Of a DNA stretch of 64,000 bases, positions 27,975 through 38,539 are shown piece after piece. The notes beneath the pieces are model-generated. The model saw nothing but the letters and a program-made list of their open reading frames with translations. It had not been told where the DNA came from and did no database searches. The DNA comes from Promethearchaeota archaeon (GTDB lineage: Archaea > Asgardarchaeota > Thorarchaeia > Thorarchaeales > Thorarchaeaceae): assembly GCA_014728035.1 (NCBI GenBank), contig WJMJ01000071.1, positions 1 to 64,000 of the forward strand, given 5' to 3'. Position 1 is the first letter of the stretch. Every line of letters begins with the position of its first letter. Position numbers and translations under genes: made by a program.

Positions 27975-29429
27975 ATGAGTCAGAGATTATTTGCAGTTTT
28001 CGATGTTGGAACAACTGGTGCAAGGTCTGTTATTGTAGATGAAGAAGGTAGGGAGGTCAGCAAGGCATATGAAGAATACCCTCAGAAACCCCGTGATATT
28101 AAGATACACGAGGAGCTAGCAGAAACCTATTGGCGTACTGCCTGCAATACGATGCAGAGAGCAATTGCAAAACATGGTTCAGCTGATGGGATAGTAGGGG
28201 TGGTTCTTGCAACAACAAGAGACTGTGTTACACCTATTGACAAGGATGGTAATCCCCTAGCACCTACCGTAACTTGGGTGGACAATCGGTCCACTGATAG
28301 TGCAAAAGAAATGGCGGAAGATATTGGACCTCGCAAGAGCGTTAACAAAATTCTTTGGTTTAAAGAAAATAGACCACAGTTATTTGACAAGACCTTCAAA
28401 TTTCTTCATTTGGATGCATATTTGAACTATCGTTTGTGTGGTGAAATGAAAAGTGAACCAGCAAATGCCAGATATGGTCCCATTGACCACGATACCCTTG
28501 AATGGTCCACTGCACTATGCGAGCAGATAGGAATACCTATTGACAAGCTTGCTGAGATTACTGAACCTGGAACTGTAATCGGAGGTATCACTGCTGAAGC
28601 ATCTAAGAAGACTGCTTTGAGAAAGGGTACTATGGTTATTATGGGTAGTGGAGATCAACAATGTTCTGCACTAGGAACTGGGACAATACAAAAAGGTATA
28701 CTAAAGGCCACGACAGGTACTGGAACATTTGTAATCACACATACTGATGAACACATAGAAGATCCATATGTGATGTTTTCAAATCCCTCAGCAATACCCG
28801 GAAAGTGGATATTAGAAGGAGTAACGCCAGGAACAGGACTTGCATATCGTTGGTATCGTGATAATTATTGTGAGCCAGAAAAAATGATGGCAGCTAAGAG
28901 CGATGAGGGAGTATATGATCTAATGGAACAATCAGCAAGTGCTATTCCTGCAGGAAGTGATGGGCTTGTTATTTTTCCATTTATGGCATATAACAAAGGG
29001 ATATTCTACAATGTTGGTTTCAATCACACTCGTGCTCATATTGCTCGTGGAATCATGGAAGCTAATGGCTATAGTATCAATATGTATGTACAAATGATGG
29101 AGGGTATTCTGGATATCGAATTTGACGAGATGCGAATTGACGGCGGCGGTTCTAATTCACCTCTATGGCGTCAGATTATGGCAGATTGCACAAATAAGAC
29201 AGTTCTTCTTCCTCGCTCTCGTGACTCTACCGTCATTGGAGCGGCAATCTTAGGAACTGTTGGAAGTGGACTCTATGGTTCCTATGAAGAAGCCGTTACA
29301 AATATGCTCAAGATTGATGAACGTAGAGAACCAATTCCTGAAAATGTAGAGATTTATGAGAAGCAGTTTGGAATATTCAATAAGATTATGCTAGCTGAGA
29401 TGGCGGATATTATAGAATTGACCTCATAA
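27975..29429 (+). CDS. FGGY-family kinase (glycerol/xylulose kinase-like)
   Basis: FDVGTTG, GSGDQQCSALG, TGTGTF, IDGGGSNSPLWRQIMAD. Confidence 0.9.
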   Translation: MSQRLFAVFDVGTTGARSVIVDEEGREVSKAYEEYPQKPRDIKIHEELAETYWRTACNTMQRAIAKHGSADGIVGVVLATTRDCVTPIDKDGNPLAPTVTWVDNRSTDSAKEMAEDIGPRKSVNKILWFKENRPQLFDKTFKFLHLDAYLNYRLCGEMKSEPANARYGPIDHDTLEWSTALCEQIGIPIDKLAEITEPGTVIGGITAEASKKTALRKGTMVIMGSGDQQCSALGTGTIQKGILKATTGTGTFVITHTDEHIEDPYVMFSNPSAIPGKWILEGVTPGTGLAYRWYRDNYCEPEKMMAAKSDEGVYDLMEQSASAIPAGSDGLVIFPFMAYNKGIFYNVGFNHTRAHIARGIMEANGYSINMYVQMMEGILDIEFDEMRIDGGGSNSPLWRQIMADCTNKTVLLPRSRDSTVIGAAILGTVGSGLYGSYEEAVTNMLKIDERREPIPENVEIYEKQFGIFNKIMLAEMADIIELTS

Positions 29430-29438
29430 AAGATAAGA

Positions 29439-29480
29439 ATGACTCAGAAAGGACCTCATCGATTGAGGCCCGTGAGTCAT
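29439..29480. terminator. inverted repeat between convergent genes
   Basis: ATGACTCA...CCTCA-TCGAT-TGAGG...TGAGTCAT. Confidence 0.5.
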
Positions 29481-29488
29481 AATAATCA

Positions 29489-29758
29489 CTATTTATTATC
29501 CGAGTTCTGTTCCCAGATTCTTCCAAGAATTATTAGAGCAAGCACTGCTTCAGAACCAGTTACTCTTTGAGCTACATATTCAATACTTTCTGAGATAGTA
29601 TCCTCATAGTCCCACGCTGAACGTGCGAGCTGTACTAAATCATCGAACCGATGCTCGGGAATACCAATAGCTTCAGTTAGTTTTGATGCATCATGTGATA
29701 CAATATTCAGAGTGCCTAAATTATATGTTGGCATGTTTTTCACCAATATTTTATCCAT
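29489..29758 (-). CDS. hypothetical small helical protein
   Basis: 89-aa ORF (start may be ATG 29734), fills the gap between kinase and glpA. Confidence 0.65.
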   Translation of the reverse strand: MDKILVKNMPTYNLGTLNIVSHDASKLTEAIGIPEHRFDDLVQLARSAWDYEDTISESIEYVAQRVTGSEAVLALIILGRIWEQNSDNK

Positions 29759-29955
29759 TTGGTATTTTACTTATCTATGTACCTTGCGTGGATACTAAAT
29801 AGAGTGTATACCTAATTGAATCGCAGATTATATACCAATAAAGGCTTTGCTCATATAATAATCGAAAGCCTTGTATTATTGTATCTGTTACAAAATATTA
29901 TCCCCAGAATCAGTTAATCTAGCTTATATCTCCAACAACAGGAGTCTTACTAAAA

Positions 29956-31611
29956 ATGGTTGATTATGATGTTGTAGTCATAGGTGGTGGCAGTACTGGT
30001 ACTGCTGTAGCTCGCGACTGTGCAATGAGAGGCTTTCGCACATTACTTCTTGAGCGTGATGATATTGCTTCTGCAACGGTTGGAACCTGTGCAGGAATGA
30101 TATCCTCTGGCCTGAAATACATGGATGAACCTGAGATTGTCGATATGTGTTCTGATGAGGTAGTTCACTTTCTTCGGATTGCTCGACATATCATTATGAA
30201 AAACCCTATACTAACACCTATGCTTGAGATGAGTGATCTCTCAAGTGGAGGGAATTTTGCAGAAGAGTATTCCAAACGGGCTGAATCACGAGATGTGCCT
30301 CCTGTGCTGTTTCTCACACCCGAAGACTCTCGTGAGATTGAACCCTCTCTAAATCCGGAGATTATTGCCTCTCTCTATTTCGAAGAATATTTCATAGATC
30401 CTTTTCGTTTATGTATCTTACAAGCAATGGATGCAAAGAACCATGGGGCTGATGTTAGAACGTATTGTGAATTGATAGATATTGATGTCAAAGATGGTAA
30501 GATTGCTGGAGTTGCATATTTCAATCGGATTACGCATGAAGAAGAGCGAGTTTCAACTAGCATTGTCATCAATGCAGCTGGTCCATGGGCATCAAAGGTT
30601 GCCAAATTTGCTGAGGCCAAGATTGATTTGCGTCTGAACAAGGGTGCACACGTAATCTTAGATCGAAGAGTTGTCAATGTAGGCGTAATTGCAAAAGCTG
30701 TTGATGGCCGGATGATCTATCTTTTTCCCCACGAAAACACTACACTTCTTGGTACAACTGCTATTGATACATGGGAAAACCCAGACACCCTTACAGCGAG
30801 TCACGATGAGATTGAATACCTATTACAGAGTATGGAGTGGGTAATTCCCTCTATTCGTGATGCACGAATAATTCGAACGATGGAAGGAGTTCGACCTCTT
30901 GTTGCAGACTGGAAGATTCCCGAGGGAAAAGTCACCCGTGGTTATGAGGTGATTGATCATTCTTCCCAGAATATTGAAGGTCTTATCAGCTTCACCGGCG
31001 GAAAACTGGTAATGTGCAGACATATGGCTGAAGCAGCCACTAATTTAGCTGCGGGAATGTTGAACGTAGAAACTGAATGCAGGACTCATCTGGAACCACT
31101 ACCCGGCAACGAAGATGATGTGGATGTTCTCGCTCTTGCTAAAGAATTCGATATAGCACAACATGCTGTAGAACGTCTGAGGGCTAGACGCGGAACTGAA
31201 ACAAGAATGATATTAGAATTAACAAGAGACCATCCAGAATGGAAAACAACAATCTGTACCTGTGAGCCAGTGATAGAGGCCGAACTTCGATACAGTATAC
31301 GAAATGAGTTTCCCCAAACTCTCAATGATTTACGTCGACGAGTTAGACTTGGCACTGGCCCCTGCCAAGCAACTTTTTGCACGTATAAGGCTGCTGCTAT
31401 CTTGGCGGACGAACGGGAACTAAGTGGGCATGATTTCCAACTGGATATACTCGATTTTCTATCCGAGCGATGGAAAGGCAAACGTCCCTCCTTCAGACGG
31501 GAACAGGTCATTCAGGAAGAGGTCGCTCAGGGAATGTACGCCTGTGTTGGAAATCTTGACTTGACTTTTGGGTCGGTCTACACTCGTAAACCATGGGAGG
31601 ATTGGTCATAA
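29956..31611 (+). CDS. glpA: anaerobic glycerol-3-phosphate dehydrogenase subunit A
   Basis: VIGGGSTG...RDCAMRG, VINAAGPW, GVRPL, GGKL, C-terminal BFD-like CTCE...RLGTGPCQATFC. Confidence 0.92.
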   Translation: MVDYDVVVIGGGSTGTAVARDCAMRGFRTLLLERDDIASATVGTCAGMISSGLKYMDEPEIVDMCSDEVVHFLRIARHIIMKNPILTPMLEMSDLSSGGNFAEEYSKRAESRDVPPVLFLTPEDSREIEPSLNPEIIASLYFEEYFIDPFRLCILQAMDAKNHGADVRTYCELIDIDVKDGKIAGVAYFNRITHEEERVSTSIVINAAGPWASKVAKFAEAKIDLRLNKGAHVILDRRVVNVGVIAKAVDGRMIYLFPHENTTLLGTTAIDTWENPDTLTASHDEIEYLLQSMEWVIPSIRDARIIRTMEGVRPLVADWKIPEGKVTRGYEVIDHSSQNIEGLISFTGGKLVMCRHMAEAATNLAAGMLNVETECRTHLEPLPGNEDDVDVLALAKEFDIAQHAVERLRARRGTETRMILELTRDHPEWKTTICTCEPVIEAELRYSIRNEFPQTLNDLRRRVRLGTGPCQATFCTYKAAAILADERELSGHDFQLDILDFLSERWKGKRPSFRREQVIQEEVAQGMYACVGNLDLTFGSVYTRKPWEDWS

Positions 31612-31612
31612 A

Positions 31613-32980
31613 ATGGAGCATGAATTTGATTTAGCTATTATTGGTGGTGGTATTGCTGGTCTCGCTGCTGGGACTATCGCTTCTGAATCTGGTCTAAAGA
31701 CAATCTTGGTCAGAAAAGGTCAAGGTTCGACATCCTACTCATCAGGGGCCATTGATATTCTAGGAAACCTTGTTGAGAGTCTATTCCCTTTGAGTCCTCT
31801 TGATACCTTATCTACTACTGGAGTGATTCGATCTACACATCCGTATGTCATTTTGGGTATTTCTGAGGATAATCGTGAAGTTGAGACCGAATTAATTGTT
31901 CAAAGGGTCAGAGACTCCACGAAATGGCTACAGAAGGGGCTGGATGGTTCTTGTGCTGAGTTTACTGGGGCTTTGGACCGAACTATGGAGGCAATAACCG
32001 TTCTAGGCACAACAAAACCCACATGCTTTGTTCAAAAGACGATGGATATGGGGAATCTTAGGGAGCATCACGACGAGAGTATTCTCCTCTTCGTTGACTT
32101 ATTAGGTCATCCTGATTTCAACGGTAGGCTTGCTGCACGGACTTTCGCAGAATTCCAGAGGTATGAGGATAAACCAGTCAAGAAAGTATCAAGCTGTTCA
32201 ATAACAATTGCTCCTTTTGGCAAACCTTACAATATTTCATCTGTGGAGATTGCCCGCCATCTTGATCATTCAGGACTACCTAGTGAGGCTCTCTCTGAGC
32301 TGAGAACGAATATTGAAAATACAGGTGCAACACATGTGGCTCTACCTCCTGTTATGGGAATTGAGTATGCTACTACTGTTTTACAGGAAATAGCGGACCT
32401 TGGCGTGCATCCATTTGAAGTCCTTTCTTTTCCACCATCAGTACCTGGTATGAGACTTCAACAATCACTGGACGATATGTATCTTGAATCTGGAGGGCAG
32501 ATGCATATTGGTACTGAAGTTGTGGGATTTGATTCTGCAGATGATAGAGTAAGTCGGATTATTGCGAAGAGTCCGCATAGACAGCTGGAAATTTCTGCTA
32601 CCGCAACAATACTTGCATCTGGGAAATTCATAGGTGGGGGAATTAGAGGAGCCGAGAGTGGCTTCAGAGAATCTATCTTTAATCTGGATACTGTAGATTT
32701 GAACTACAATCCAACAGATGATTTGAGACCTCAGAAGTTAACAGATCGCATTAATGTGAGTTACGAAGGTCACGCTGCTTTCAGTGTGGGTGTTCCCGTT
32801 GACCGATACTTCAGGCCTATAAATTATGATTCTCAAGTGGTATATGAGAATCTTTTCGCTGCTGGCTCTATTCTAGCTGGATACAATTATCCTGTTGAAA
32901 AGAGTGGTTTGGGTGTAGGTCTCACTACTGGTTATACTGCGGGATTGAACGCTATGAGATATATCAAGGAGGAACTCTAA
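31613..32980 (+). CDS. glpB: anaerobic glycerol-3-phosphate dehydrogenase subunit B
   Basis: IIGGGIAG, SSGAID, PPSVPGMRL, LASGKFIGGG, NLFAAGSILAG, GLGVGLTTG. Confidence 0.9.
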   Translation: MEHEFDLAIIGGGIAGLAAGTIASESGLKTILVRKGQGSTSYSSGAIDILGNLVESLFPLSPLDTLSTTGVIRSTHPYVILGISEDNREVETELIVQRVRDSTKWLQKGLDGSCAEFTGALDRTMEAITVLGTTKPTCFVQKTMDMGNLREHHDESILLFVDLLGHPDFNGRLAARTFAEFQRYEDKPVKKVSSCSITIAPFGKPYNISSVEIARHLDHSGLPSEALSELRTNIENTGATHVALPPVMGIEYATTVLQEIADLGVHPFEVLSFPPSVPGMRLQQSLDDMYLESGGQMHIGTEVVGFDSADDRVSRIIAKSPHRQLEISATATILASGKFIGGGIRGAESGFRESIFNLDTVDLNYNPTDDLRPQKLTDRINVSYEGHAAFSVGVPVDRYFRPINYDSQVVYENLFAAGSILAGYNYPVEKSGLGVGLTTGYTAGLNAMRYIKEEL

Positions 32981-34210
32981 ATGAATGAAGAAGAAGCCTA
33001 TGAATTTGTTAGGGGGACCTTGAAAGAAGAAAGAATTATCCCTTACAAAGAGGACGAATTGAAAATAATCAAATCTATTGAACAATGCATCAATTGTGGG
33101 ATTTGTATAAATCATTGTCCAGTTGTGGCCGGGGTAGGGGTTGACCAGTTTAGCGGCCCTCGTAGCATCGCAGTTGAGCTGAGCCGTTCCCCTCCTGAAT
33201 TCTGGACCACCGGCGACAAGGTATATCTCTGTACTGGCTGCGGCACCTGTAGAGAGGTGTGCCCAAAATCTGTCAACATTCCTGAGATCGTCAATATGAT
33301 TCGAGCAAGAATATTCGAACACCGTCCAGACCTTGTTCCAAAAGAATTGCACAAAGTACTAGAAACTATCCATGAACATAAGAAGGCATTTGCGCCATGG
33401 GATGACCCTGAAGATAAGATTGACAGTCGTGATATGAGACTGGATCGATTGGGTCTACCTCTAGTTGGTATTGAGCACAAAGAAAGTGTTGATGTTTTAT
33501 TCTACCCTGGTTGCCAAGCAGAAGAAATGGCTCAGGAAGTTAAGGAAGCCGCAAAAGTACTTCTAAAACGATTTGATGTGAACTTTGCAGTACTTGATGA
33601 ATTTAGCTGCTGTGGACTACCCGCTCGCTTGATTGGTGATGATAAGACCGCAAGAGAGCTGAATAAATCTCTGAAGGATAAGATAAACTCTCTCGGAGTA
33701 AAAATGTTGGTTACAACTTGTGCAGGTTGTACTTCCAATATTAGTGATATAGCAGAGCGTGACAACTGGGATATTCCCATCTATCATCTGATTGAATACC
33801 TTGCTGAACACATCGGTATCGACAAACTTCAAGCAGAAATGGCACCAGACAAATCGAAAACAAAAATCACTGTACATGAACCCTGTCATCTTATCAGACA
33901 CACCTCCCGACAAATATTGGATTATGCCATAGAAATTCTACAGACTATTCCGAATGTTGAGGTTATTTCCTCCTCTGCTCGAGATTCTTGTTGTGGTGGC
34001 GGTGGAATGGTTGCACATCATGCACCAGGTGTTGCAAAATCGGTCGTTAGGATTAATCTTGCAGCCATAGATGCTACATCTGCATCACGAGTTGTAACCC
34101 CCTGCCCGTTATGTACTGCAACGTTGGAAGATAATCTCTATCGAAGTGGCAGTTCTGTCGATGTTGATGATCTGACCGTATTTATCGCAACCCATCTTTC
34201 TAAGGAGTGA
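32981..34210 (+). CDS. glpC: GlpC/HdrD-like Fe-S protein (2x4Fe-4S + CCG domains)
   Basis: CINCGICINHCP, CTGCGTCREVCP, two CCG domains; follows glpAB. Confidence 0.8.
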   Translation: MNEEEAYEFVRGTLKEERIIPYKEDELKIIKSIEQCINCGICINHCPVVAGVGVDQFSGPRSIAVELSRSPPEFWTTGDKVYLCTGCGTCREVCPKSVNIPEIVNMIRARIFEHRPDLVPKELHKVLETIHEHKKAFAPWDDPEDKIDSRDMRLDRLGLPLVGIEHKESVDVLFYPGCQAEEMAQEVKEAAKVLLKRFDVNFAVLDEFSCCGLPARLIGDDKTARELNKSLKDKINSLGVKMLVTTCAGCTSNISDIAERDNWDIPIYHLIEYLAEHIGIDKLQAEMAPDKSKTKITVHEPCHLIRHTSRQILDYAIEILQTIPNVEVISSSARDSCCGGGGMVAHHAPGVAKSVVRINLAAIDATSASRVVTPCPLCTATLEDNLYRSGSSVDVDDLTVFIATHLSKE

Positions 34211-34216
34211 AACGCT

Positions 34217-35644
34217 ATGATTGATACTGATACACTTGAAGAGTTAACAGATAGATTACAATCTCTACTTGGACCTGATTATGTCACTGTGCAACAGACC
34301 GATAAAGTTCTCAATGCACATGATGCTTGGCCTCTTAGTGAGGCAAAAATCAGAGCGGGAGAGATGTTACCTCTTGCTGATATCATTGTATTTCCTTCAA
34401 CTACCAGAGAGGTTTCTGAAATTCTAAAAATTGCCAACCAATTCAAAGTTCCCGTGATTCCTGTAGGGGGTGGTGCTGGAACATGTGGTGGCACTCTTGC
34501 TATTTATGGTGGAATCCAACTAGACATGAAACGATTTGATAAAATTCTAGACCTTGATGAGACCTCTATGCTGGTCCATGTGGAGGCCGGGGTAGTAGGA
34601 GTAGACTTGGAGGAATATCTGAATCGTCATGGGTATACATCAGGTCATACCCCCACCTCTGTTAGATCGTCAAATGTTGGTGGTTTTATCGCAACACGAT
34701 CTGGCGGATCTATGTCATCACTATATGGAAAAATCGAAGACCTTACCTTGGGGCTGGAGTTTGTTTTACCTAATGGTGAAGTGATTTCTTGTAAATCTAT
34801 TCCTCGCCATTCTGTTGGTCCAGATTTGAAACAATTATTCATCGGATCAGAGGGAACATTGGGTGTTATTACTGAAGCTACTTTGAAGATATTTCCACTA
34901 CCAGAAGAAAGACGATTTCGAAGTGTTTCTGTTCCAGATGTTTCAACTGGGTTAACTGTTATTCGTAGGATATTTCGTGCAGGAATTACTCCATCAATAA
35001 TACGACTCTACGATCCCGAGGACACTGCATTCAGCGTAAGCACTCATTTCAGTGTTGATGAGGGTGATTGCATGTTAATGTTAGCTTTTGATGGAACCCC
35101 TGCTCAGAATGACCTTGATGAGGAATCTGTCATGCAAATCAGTTTAGCTGATGGTGCTAAAGATTATGGAGCGGAACCTGCCAAAAGATGGTGGGATCAC
35201 CGTTATGATATGTATTATCCTAGTCCATTCACTACCTCAGGATATGCAATTGGTGACACAATAGATGTTGTTGCGACATATGATAAATTGGAACAGGTCT
35301 ATCACGCAATGAAATCAGCTATGGAAGCACATGAAGCAGTGGTATTATCTCATTTCTCGCATATGTATCCAACAGGAGGGAGCATCTATATGATATTCTT
35401 TACAGCTCAACCTGATGCTGATACTGCTTGGGCCACTTACAGGAAAATCTGGGATGATGGTGTAGCTGCCTGTCTCAGAGAAGGTGGAACCATGTCGCAT
35501 CAACATGGAGTAGGACTCTCAAGAAGCACTTACACGGAGAACGAATTGGGTTCTAGCTTTTCAGTTTTGAAGCGTATCAAACAAATTCTTGATCCTAATG
35601 AGATTATGAATCCAGGAAAACTTGGTCTGGGGGTTCGTAAATAA
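34217..35644 (+). CDS. alkyl-dihydroxyacetonephosphate synthase (AGPS/ADAS)-like FAD-linked oxidase
   Basis: PVGGG, HTPTS..SNVGGFIATRSGG..YGKIEDL, PRHSVGPDLKQLFIGSEGTLGVITEA, PSIIRLYD, SHQHGVG, MNPGKL. Confidence 0.82.
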   Translation: MIDTDTLEELTDRLQSLLGPDYVTVQQTDKVLNAHDAWPLSEAKIRAGEMLPLADIIVFPSTTREVSEILKIANQFKVPVIPVGGGAGTCGGTLAIYGGIQLDMKRFDKILDLDETSMLVHVEAGVVGVDLEEYLNRHGYTSGHTPTSVRSSNVGGFIATRSGGSMSSLYGKIEDLTLGLEFVLPNGEVISCKSIPRHSVGPDLKQLFIGSEGTLGVITEATLKIFPLPEERRFRSVSVPDVSTGLTVIRRIFRAGITPSIIRLYDPEDTAFSVSTHFSVDEGDCMLMLAFDGTPAQNDLDEESVMQISLADGAKDYGAEPAKRWWDHRYDMYYPSPFTTSGYAIGDTIDVVATYDKLEQVYHAMKSAMEAHEAVVLSHFSHMYPTGGSIYMIFFTAQPDADTAWATYRKIWDDGVAACLREGGTMSHQHGVGLSRSTYTENELGSSFSVLKRIKQILDPNEIMNPGKLGLGVRK

Positions 35645-36750
35645 TGAGTGATGAAATTCTCTCTCAAGTGCGAATGTGTGCTGCATGCCCCAAAATGTGT
35701 AGACATGTGTGTCCTACATTTTTCGCATGGCGGTCTGATTCTCCTACTCCCCATGGACGTGCTTTATTAATTCATTTTGAAGGAAAGGGTATTCGCGATC
35801 TTGACGAACGCGCAATTGATGTTCTATACCAATGTCTTGAATGTAGTCACTGTTTAACTTGGTGTAAGCCTGAAATTGACATAGCATCAATTGTTGAAAC
35901 CAAAAGAAGAGAGATTGTTAGAAAATCCTGCGAACCTAAAGAAATCAGGGTCCTCTCAGAATGGGTGTTGAAAAATCACAATCCATTTAACGAACCTCAT
36001 AAAAATAGATTATCAAAACTGAATATTGAGGTTACTGATAACCCCGATATTCTCTATTTTGTTGGGTGTACATCATCCTATCGAGAAAGTGAAATAGCCA
36101 ATTCTACTATTAGTGTTTTGAATAATCTTGGATACGATGTAGCAGTTTTGGAAGATGAATGGTGCTGTGGTTCGCCGTTATTTAGAACTGGTTCAAACAC
36201 GAATGCTCTAACACAAGCTGAAAATAATGTAGAGCATTTGAACGAACATAAAGCAAAACAAATTATCGTTTCCTGTCCTGGATGCTTTAGGGCTTTAACT
36301 AAGGATTATCCTGAGCATGGTTTCGAGTTGAATAAACCCATCTTTCATATCAGTCAATTTCTTGATATGCATAGGGATCAGCTTCCTTCGTTCGATATTT
36401 CTTATCCTATTACCTACCATGATCCTTGTCATCTTGGTCGTCATTGTGGTGTATATGAAGAACCTCGAAAGGTGATAGAACATATTTCTGGAAAAGCACT
36501 TCATGAAATGGAAAGAACTCGTGATAATGCAATGTGTTGTGGAAATGGTGCTGGTTTAAGATTGATGTATCCTGAAAAAGCCAAAAAGATTGGCCATGAA
36601 AGAGTTAAACAGGCAAAGCAGACTGATTCTGACCTGCTTCTTAGTTCTTGTCCGTTTTGTAAAAATATGTTGAAACAACAAGCTGGAGAATCCATTGAGG
36701 TTCTTGATCTAGTTGAATTCGTACACAAACATCAGGAAGACGATAACTGA
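35644..36750 (+). CDS. Fe-S/CCG-domain oxidoreductase (GlcF/HdrD-like)
   Basis: CAACPKMCRHVCP, CLECSHC, CCGSP, YHDPCHLGR, CCGNG. Confidence 0.85.
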   Translation: MSDEILSQVRMCAACPKMCRHVCPTFFAWRSDSPTPHGRALLIHFEGKGIRDLDERAIDVLYQCLECSHCLTWCKPEIDIASIVETKRREIVRKSCEPKEIRVLSEWVLKNHNPFNEPHKNRLSKLNIEVTDNPDILYFVGCTSSYRESEIANSTISVLNNLGYDVAVLEDEWCCGSPLFRTGSNTNALTQAENNVEHLNEHKAKQIIVSCPGCFRALTKDYPEHGFELNKPIFHISQFLDMHRDQLPSFDISYPITYHDPCHLGRHCGVYEEPRKVIEHISGKALHEMERTRDNAMCCGNGAGLRLMYPEKAKKIGHERVKQAKQTDSDLLLSSCPFCKNMLKQQAGESIEVLDLVEFVHKHQEDDN

Positions 36751-36766
36751 AAGCAATTAAGGCCTA

Positions 36767-37906
36767 ATGAGGAAGTATGGTGGGATTGGAATGAATACGG
36801 AAGAGATACTCAGACTCAAAGTTAGATTGCTTACAGAGGGAGCATCAATTTCAGATTCGGAATTTCAAGGTAGGAAAGGAGGTGCTGGTCCAGTTGGAGG
36901 AAGATACTTTCTACTGCCAAATGGCCGTCCTGTTGGAATCCCAATCCGAAGTGGTGAGATGGCTGAGAAATTCAAATCTGCTCAACTAGAACCAACAGAA
37001 GACCCTATGATTTGGTTATATGATAGGTCGATAGAACTAGAACTCGTTCCAAAGCCTTCTTTTTACGATTTGAAAACAGATGACGGTATTCCCTACAACA
37101 AGATTGCTTTACTTCATGGCCGTGAAACTCTTGCTACTACATTGTATCAGAATTGTCGCTACTGGTTAACTGGTCAACAATGCAAATTCTGTACCATTCC
37201 TCATTCATATCAATCTAAAGACGCTCTTCTTGAAAAAACTCCTGAACAGTTCGTAGAAGTGTTACAGGCTGCTCTAAATGAAGGAGTAGTAAAAGACATT
37301 CTCATGACCACTGGAACCCCCGATGCTGATGATGTCGGAATTGAAAGAATATTATCTGTTGTCAGGGCTATTCGCGAAATCTCCGATATTCCGGTAGGAG
37401 TGCAATTTGAACCCCCTATAGATGCTGAAAAAATTCATGAAGTCTATAAGGTGGGAGTTAATGCGGTTGGGATTCATATTGAGAGTATAGATCCAGATAT
37501 TCGAGCAAAATACTGTCCCGGAAAAACCGAATATGGCTCTTATGAGTTATATATGAAGAGCTGGAAACTTGCTCTCGATCTTTTTGGAAAAGGAAATGTA
37601 AGCACATTCATTTTGTATGGTCTTGGAGAAGACCTATCTCTCACTTTATCGAAGCTGAATGAGATAGCTTCTACTGGAGTGCTTCCAGTAATCACTCCTA
37701 TTCGTCCGGCTCCAAATAGTCAACTTGGGAATTTCATTCCTTCATATTTGAAAAAACCAAAATTGTATTTCGAATTTGTAAAAGATGTTGGTAGAATTCT
37801 TTTCCGTGAAAAAATAAATCCGAAAGAAACTACTGCTGGGTGTCACCGGTGCGGCGGATGCACCCCAATTCAAGAAGCTTATGATTTTGCCCAGTCTGTT
37901 TTATGA
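36767..37906 (+). CDS. radical SAM protein, MSMEG_0568-like
   Basis: GRKGGAGP, IALLHG..TLATT, C-x8-CKFC, C-terminal AGCHRCGGC. Confidence 0.8.
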   Translation: MRKYGGIGMNTEEILRLKVRLLTEGASISDSEFQGRKGGAGPVGGRYFLLPNGRPVGIPIRSGEMAEKFKSAQLEPTEDPMIWLYDRSIELELVPKPSFYDLKTDDGIPYNKIALLHGRETLATTLYQNCRYWLTGQQCKFCTIPHSYQSKDALLEKTPEQFVEVLQAALNEGVVKDILMTTGTPDADDVGIERILSVVRAIREISDIPVGVQFEPPIDAEKIHEVYKVGVNAVGIHIESIDPDIRAKYCPGKTEYGSYELYMKSWKLALDLFGKGNVSTFILYGLGEDLSLTLSKLNEIASTGVLPVITPIRPAPNSQLGNFIPSYLKKPKLYFEFVKDVGRILFREKINPKETTAGCHRCGGCTPIQEAYDFAQSVL

Positions 37907-37950
37907 GCTACACCTATCCTTATGTAGCGGAAACTCCACAATAGGTATGA

Positions 37951-38445
37951 GTGACAATGAGCGAGATGCCTGCTGAAGAAATTCGTATCATTGAATTCAC
38001 AAAAGAAGATGCTGAAGAAATTTCAGACTTGTTCAAACAGGTATGGCCGTTGTGTGTCCAATATCCTGAAGAATGGCGAAAACACAGAATGTACACTCCA
38101 GAAGAAATCATCCACGAGATGGAAGAAGGATATCATTACTTTGGAGCACGTCTGGAGGGGCAAATTGTTGGAGTCTATAAAGCAATAATTACCGATAAAG
38201 GTCTCTATGGAGAACATCAAACCGTTTCTCCTCAATGTGGAAGGTCTGGCCTTGCATCTGCCATGTATATCCAATTTGCAGAATACGGAAAAGCCCATGG
38301 ATGTAAAAGGAACTATTGTAATGTATTGGTTGGCCAAGAAGCAGTTGAACGACTGATGAAAAAATTTGGATTTCGTCCTTGGGGTGAACCTTATGAGCAA
38401 GCAGAAGGTATGCTTGTTCAATGTTATGAACGTCTATTAGATTAA
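37951..38445 (+). CDS. GNAT family N-acetyltransferase
   Basis: GQIVG, TVSPQCGRSGLAS, LMKKFGF. Confidence 0.8.
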   Translation: MTMSEMPAEEIRIIEFTKEDAEEISDLFKQVWPLCVQYPEEWRKHRMYTPEEIIHEMEEGYHYFGARLEGQIVGVYKAIITDKGLYGEHQTVSPQCGRSGLASAMYIQFAEYGKAHGCKRNYCNVLVGQEAVERLMKKFGFRPWGEPYEQAEGMLVQCYERLLD

Positions 38446-38539
38446 GAGTGTATAACTACTCTTAAAATCAGTTCTTTCCCGAAAGACTATATACCATTTT
38501 GAAATCAATCATTTTCACATTCCACCTGAGGTTTTTACA

